Assembly (NCBI GenBank): GCA_023251755.1
Contig: JAHEYF010000057.1
Span: 1 to 29,697, forward strand
Direction: 5' to 3'
Origin: Bacteroidota bacterium
Lineage (GTDB): Bacteria; Bacteroidota; Bacteroidia; B-17B0; Aurantibacillaceae
Length of the DNA stretch: 29,697 nt
Part shown: in pieces, positions 25,711-29,697 of the stretch
How positions within the stretch are numbered: the first letter of the stretch is position 1
Layout: each line of letters starts with the position of its first letter
Translations under genes and position numbers: made by a program
The notes under the pieces: generated by a model
What the model was told of the DNA's origin: nothing
Seen by the model: only the letters and a program-made list of their open reading frames with translations
Databases searched by the model: none

Positions 25711-27289
25711 TTAAATAAAGTACAGCCTGCACCAATCCCAAATCATCAAAGGAAATTGGTTGCCCGCATTTACGTACTCCTTTTCTTTCGAGGGCTTTGG
25801 CTGTTGCATCGCCCATCGCTACTGCCTTTTGATGAGGCCTTAGTTTATTTTTCTCAAAAAAAGCGTCCACATTGCTCGGACTGGTAAATACAATTACATC
25901 CATGTCTGCCGGTACTTCAATGCTGTGTTTGATGGTTTGGTATACCGGTAAATTAATTGCATTTTCTTTTTTTGTCAATTGCTGTTGTATGCTTTGCATG
26001 CTTTCTTTTGCAATAGGGAAGAGCACTTTTGCATTTCCAGCTAAGGATGAAAATTGCTTGCCGATAAATTTAGTGTCTGTGTTTTGCCCGATGAAGTCTG
26101 CTTTGTGCCCGAAGCTTCTCAGCTCCTGTGCAGTTGCTTTCCCAACACAGGCAAATTTTACCTTCCCTATTTTTGGTTGCTGGTTAAAAAAATATTTCAC
26201 TGCATGTTTACTACTAAAAAATATCCACTCGCTTATGGGCAATGATTTTATTTCGATCAGCTTAAATTCAATCAGTGATTGGCCGGTTGACTCGAAAGAC
26301 AATCGCTTCAGGGCCTTGTAAAAATAATCAGACTCGCGCAGATTGCGGGTGATGAATACCTTTTTAGCTTTTATGTTTTTAATTTTCTCTACGACTTGTT
26401 CCGGAAATCCGTCAATGACAGAGGTTTCAAAATACAATTGTTTGGGTTGTTTGTCCCAGGCATCGGCTACGGCTGTCCATATTTTAAAAAGGCGCCTGTA
26501 GTCGTCGTCGGTATCAATTTCGCAATAAGCACCTAAGGGCATTTGACAGCCTCCTTCAAACAGGTTGAGGATCTTTCGTTCAAGCCCGGTGGAAAGGGCT
26601 ACATCCTCATCGTTCAATTGCTGAAGTATGGTAAACAGGTCCTTGTCTTTTTCGCGTATTTGCCAGGCCAGCACGCCTTGTGCAGGGGCAGGAACAAACT
26701 CTTTCGGGTCCATTTTTTCTGCATGAAACTCATCGAGTTGAATTCCCAGGCGTTCGATACCGGCATAAGCCAGTAAAATAGCATCGTATTTTCCTTCGCG
26801 TAATTTATTGATGCGGGTTGGAACATTTCCGCGTAAGTCTTCTAATTTTAAGTCATCTCTAAAAGCCAGTAACTGCGACTTGCGCCGGGCCGATGAAGTG
26901 CCTACAAGGGCATTCACTTTTAACTGGAATTTTCGTTTAGGATCCAATGCTTCTTTGCGGATGAGCAATAAGTCGCAGGGGTCTTCGCGTTGTGAAACAG
27001 CAGCAATAATCAAGCCTTCCGGGTTTTGGGTGGGAAGGTCTTTGTGTGAATGAACAGCCAGGTCAATGGCGCCGGCAAGCAATTCTTCTTCTAATTCTTT
27101 GGTAAAAAAACCTTTTCCTTCTAATTTATCAAAACTGGTGTTCCATTGCTGTGTGCGGTCGCCCTGGGTAGAGATGATTTTTAATTCTACTTCATGGCCA
27201 AGTTTTTCCAGAGCAGACTTTGTATAATTGGCCTGCCATAAAGCCAATTCACTTCCTCTTGTTCCAATAATAATTTTTCGCATATCCAA
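25706..27289 (-). CDS. hemC: Fused hydroxymethylbilane synthase (HemC, N-terminal ~300 aa) and uroporphyrinogen-III synthase (HemD, C-terminal ~220 aa)
   Basis: 527 aa in one uninterrupted frame. N-terminal MRKIIIGTRGSELALWQA and dipyrromethane-cofactor region are classic HemC. The C-terminal part (KKVFITRNLRESDYFYKALKRLSFE... AVKYFF...) has the HemD two-lobe pattern. Confidence 0.8.
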   Translation of the reverse strand: MDMRKIIIGTRGSELALWQANYTKSALEKLGHEVELKIISTQGDRTQQWNTSFDKLEGKGFFTKELEEELLAGAIDLAVHSHKDLPTQNPEGLIIAAVSQREDPCDLLLIRKEALDPKRKFQLKVNALVGTSSARRKSQLLAFRDDLKLEDLRGNVPTRINKLREGKYDAILLAYAGIERLGIQLDEFHAEKMDPKEFVPAPAQGVLAWQIREKDKDLFTILQQLNDEDVALSTGLERKILNLFEGGCQMPLGAYCEIDTDDDYRRLFKIWTAVADAWDKQPKQLYFETSVIDGFPEQVVEKIKNIKAKKVFITRNLRESDYFYKALKRLSFESTGQSLIEFKLIEIKSLPISEWIFFSSKHAVKYFFNQQPKIGKVKFACVGKATAQELRSFGHKADFIGQNTDTKFIGKQFSSLAGNAKVLFPIAKESMQSIQQQLTKKENAINLPVYQTIKHSIEVPADMDVIVFTSPSNVDAFFEKNKLRPHQKAVAMGDATAKALERKGVRKCGQPISFDDLGLVQAVLYLS

Positions 27290-27290
27290 A

Positions 27291-27311
27291 AAAAAGCCCT
27301 TTCCGGGCTTT
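27291..27311 (-). terminator. Intrinsic-terminator-like hairpin (AAAAGCCC-loop-GGGCUUUU followed by a U-run on the minus strand) 3 nt upstream of the hemC/D start codon
   Basis: Plus strand reads aaaaaaaagccctttccgggcttttg. On the minus-strand RNA this is a GC-cored stem followed by U8, between hemA and hemC/D. Confidence 0.45.
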
Positions 27312-27329
27312 TGCTAAGTTATTTTTATT

Positions 27330-27400
27330 TCCCGGTTCATTCGTTTACTTGTTTATTCGTTCGCCGAACTATTGAACAAATAAACGATTGAACGTTTAAA
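27330..27400. repeat. GAACAAATAAACGATTGAAC palindromic family copy, in the hemA to hemC/D gap
   Basis: gttcattcgtttacttgtttattcgttcgccgaactattgaacaaataaacgattgaacgtttaaactaatcgttc. Confidence 0.75.
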
Positions 27401-28624
27401 CTAATCGTTCAGGAAAATCTGTTTCGCGGTTTTCATCGCCACCGCGTTGTATTTTTTCTCCATGTAACTTAATATTTTGTCCAACACCTCTTTGCTTGCT
27501 GTATCTAAGTTGTTCAGGTCTTTAGCAAACACTTCGTTAAGGGCTGTTTCTTTAATTTCTTTTACCTTTTTAGGGATTTCTCCAAAAGCCAGTTCAACTT
27601 TTCTTTCTTTTAACAAGTGCTGAAATTCTTCTATTTTCTTATTGATCAGGTCTTCGCATTTGTACAACTCTTTTTCACGCTGGGCAATGTTTTCCTGTGC
27701 AATGTCTCTTAAGTTGTTTACTGCAATCAGGTTGATATCGTAATGCTTCAGCACTTCTTCATCCAGATCGTTGGGAATGGCGAGGTCAATCACTACTTTT
27801 TTAACCGTATCACCAGCCAGTAAAGTTTTATAAATCTCTTTTGTGATAATAGATTCTGCAGCACCTGTGCAAGTGATGATGACATCAAAGCCTTTGGTGT
27901 AATTTTTTAATTCTTCCAAAGGATACGCAATCCCCTGTAAATCTGCAGCCAGTGTTTGGGCCTTGCTCAGTGTGCGGTTAAATACAGCAAAATTGGCGTA
28001 CTGGTGTTTCTTCAGGTACTTCGCCATGGTTGTGTTTGTTTCGCCGGCACCAACCAAAATAAAACGAGCCTCGTTTTTAATTCCCAGCTCGCGCAACTTG
28101 CGGTAGGCTAAGGACACCACCGACACCGGGTTTTTTGCAATATCGGTATGGGTGTAAACATCCTTGGCTGTTTCAATGGTTTGTTTAATAATCAAACGGA
28201 TCATATCGCCGGTTAAACCCAGCTCATTACAGTTCTCATAAGCCTTGCGCACCTGTGTAATGATTTCGCGCTCGCCCACCACCAATGAATCGATGGAAGA
28301 AGCCACTCTGAAAAGATGTTGCAATGCCTCTTCTCCTTCATAAACCATCGCTTTTGCACTTAAGTCCTCTACAAACTGCTGGCTAAACGAAGGATTCAGG
28401 AAAGTAAAAAAATGCTCTAAAAAAGAGGGATTAAATTCGGTATCTGTTTTAATGATAAATTCTACGCGGTTGCAGGTGCTCAAATACATGAGTTCATCAA
28501 AACCAAAATTAATTTTTACGCCACCTAATACCGATTCCTGTTGATTTTCATCGAGGTGAAGTTTCCCAATCTCATTAAGATCAAGGTTTTTATGGGTAAT
28601 GGCTATAACTTTAAGGCTCTGCAC
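27401..28624 (-). CDS. hemA: Glutamyl-tRNA reductase
   Basis: 407 aa. Active-site CNRVE motif (LSTCNRVEFI) and an NADPH-binding Rossmann motif (LVGAGETNT). It apparently starts at a GTG. Confidence 0.9.
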   Translation of the reverse strand: MQSLKVIAITHKNLDLNEIGKLHLDENQQESVLGGVKINFGFDELMYLSTCNRVEFIIKTDTEFNPSFLEHFFTFLNPSFSQQFVEDLSAKAMVYEGEEALQHLFRVASSIDSLVVGEREIITQVRKAYENCNELGLTGDMIRLIIKQTIETAKDVYTHTDIAKNPVSVVSLAYRKLRELGIKNEARFILVGAGETNTTMAKYLKKHQYANFAVFNRTLSKAQTLAADLQGIAYPLEELKNYTKGFDVIITCTGAAESIITKEIYKTLLAGDTVKKVVIDLAIPNDLDEEVLKHYDINLIAVNNLRDIAQENIAQREKELYKCEDLINKKIEEFQHLLKERKVELAFGEIPKKVKEIKETALNEVFAKDLNNLDTASKEVLDKILSYMEKKYNAVAMKTAKQIFLND

Positions 28625-28879
28625 AATAGATCTGACTTATTCAGTAAAGGTCGTGTTCTCTTCTTGTTTTTTTGTCATGTAATTGTCATAATAGTTTATT
28701 TAGAACGAGTTTAAACAAGTTGAATCCCTTATCTTGCAAGGAATTGAGCTATTCACCCCTTATTTTCATGATAAAAATCAGGTTCATAATAAAATGCTTC
28801 CCCCGGTGGACGGCTTGTTCTTAGGGCTGCTAAAGCCCGGGCAGAATTTTTTAGTAGATTTGTTCTCTCATTCGGAGGA

Positions 28880-28970
28880 TGTTTGTTTATTCGTTCATTT
28901 GTTCTTTAGTTTAACCACAACTATTGAATGTTTGAACAAGTAAACAATCGAACGTATAAACTATAGAACT
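28880..28970. repeat. GAACAAGTAAACAATCGAACG family copy, upstream of hemA and in the tyrS divergent region
   Basis: tgtttgtttattcgttcatttgttc...aactattgaatgtttgaacaagtaaacaatcgaacgtataaactatagaac. It lies in the same orientation as the 27330-27400 copy. Confidence 0.7.
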
Positions 28971-29030
28971 TTTTATTGAACGAAATCTTTCTTTGAATAT
29001 TGAATCTTAAATTTTGAATTAAATAATTAT

Positions 29031-29697
29031 ATGTTGAAGAATTTTGTTGAAGAATTGAAATGGCGCGGTGTATTGCACGATGTAATGCCCGGAACAGAAG
29101 ACCAGTTGTTAAAAGAAATGACCAGTGGTTATATTGGTTTTGACCCCACTTCTGATTCATTGCATGTAGGTAGCCTTTCACAAATTATGACCCTGCTGCG
29201 TTTTCAGCAGGCAGGGCACAAGCCTATTGCGATTGTTGGTGGTGCAACCGGTATGGTGGGCGACCCTTCCGGGAAATCACAGGAACGCAACCTGCTGGAT
29301 GAAGCCACCCTCAACCACAATTTACAAGGCATTAAAACGCAGCTCGAAAAATTTCTGGACTTTAACTGCGGGGCCAACAGTGCCGAAATACTCAACAATT
29401 ACGATTGGTTCAAAGATTTTTCTTTTTTGACCTTTATACGCGATGTAGGAAAACACATCAGTGTAAATTATATGATGGCCAAAGATTCTGTGAAAAACCG
29501 TTTAGAGAATGGTATGTCTTTTACTGAGTTCAGTTACCAGTTGGTGCAGGGTTATGATTTTTTTCATTTATGGAAAGAAAAAAACTGCCTTCTGCAAATG
29601 GGTGGCTCCGATCAGTGGGGGAATATTGTTACGGGTACAGAACTCATCCGCCGCAAAGGCAACGGGCATGCTTTTGCTTTGACCACTCAGCTCATTA
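29031..29697 (+). CDS. tyrS: Tyrosyl-tRNA synthetase, 5' partial (runs off the window end)
   Basis: My own translation from the ATG at 29031: [21 protein letters not shown]...[14 protein letters not shown] (HIGH-type motif)...[14 protein letters not shown]...[10 protein letters not shown]. These are class I TyrRS signatures. There is no stop before 29697. Confidence 0.9.
   Translation, partial: MLKNFVEELKWRGVLHDVMPGTEDQLLKEMTSGYIGFDPTSDSLHVGSLSQIMTLLRFQQAGHKPIAIVGGATGMVGDPSGKSQERNLLDEATLNHNLQGIKTQLEKFLDFNCGANSAEILNNYDWFKDFSFLTFIRDVGKHISVNYMMAKDSVKNRLENGMSFTEFSYQLVQGYDFFHLWKEKNCLLQMGGSDQWGNIVTGTELIRRKGNGHAFALTTQLI

Noticed and set aside
28734-28943. 69-aa ORF in the hemA/tyrS divergent region
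   Set aside because: It overlaps the palindromic GAACAAGTAAAC repeat and probable promoters of both flanking genes. There is no conservation signal, so it is likely non-coding.

Overview
This window looks like a chromosomal segment from a Bacteroidota genome, most likely Sphingobacteriia or Chitinophagia-like. Three things point that way: two proteins with type IX secretion (T9SS) C-terminal sorting domains, TAnnTTTG-type -7 promoter boxes with short leaders, and a large outer-membrane protein carrying PD40 beta-propeller repeats. I can support about 22 protein genes and no rRNA, tRNA or CRISPR. From the start they are: methylmalonyl-CoA epimerase; a two-gene operon of a T9SS cargo protein plus a small secreted protein; an ABC-F ATPase; a convergent pair of operons that together look like a gamma-glutamylation pathway for catabolising an amino alcohol or polyamine (PuuD-like hydrolase and aldehyde dehydrogenase on one side; Eat-like APC permease, glutamine-synthetase-like ligase and Fe-alcohol dehydrogenase on the other); tyrA; a second small T9SS protein; a transmembrane SpoIIE/PP2C phosphatase with an extracytoplasmic repeat/coiled-coil sensor; a TauE/SafE exporter; a flotillin/SPFH protein; an M20 amidohydrolase co-transcribed with a roughly 1,080-aa outer-membrane protein; the haem-precursor operon hemA-hemC/D(fused)-hemB; and the 5' part of tyrS. 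Nearly every intergenic gap carries copies of at least five families of short, word-like, often palindromic repeats (MITE- or minisatellite-like). Several copies sit inside operons or flank single genes, and one family occurs as inverted arrays about 16.4 kb apart. I see no obvious defence, toxin or prophage system. The best candidates for something novel are the gamma-glutamyl amino-alcohol catabolic cluster and the repeat/attenuator architecture in and around the hem operon.
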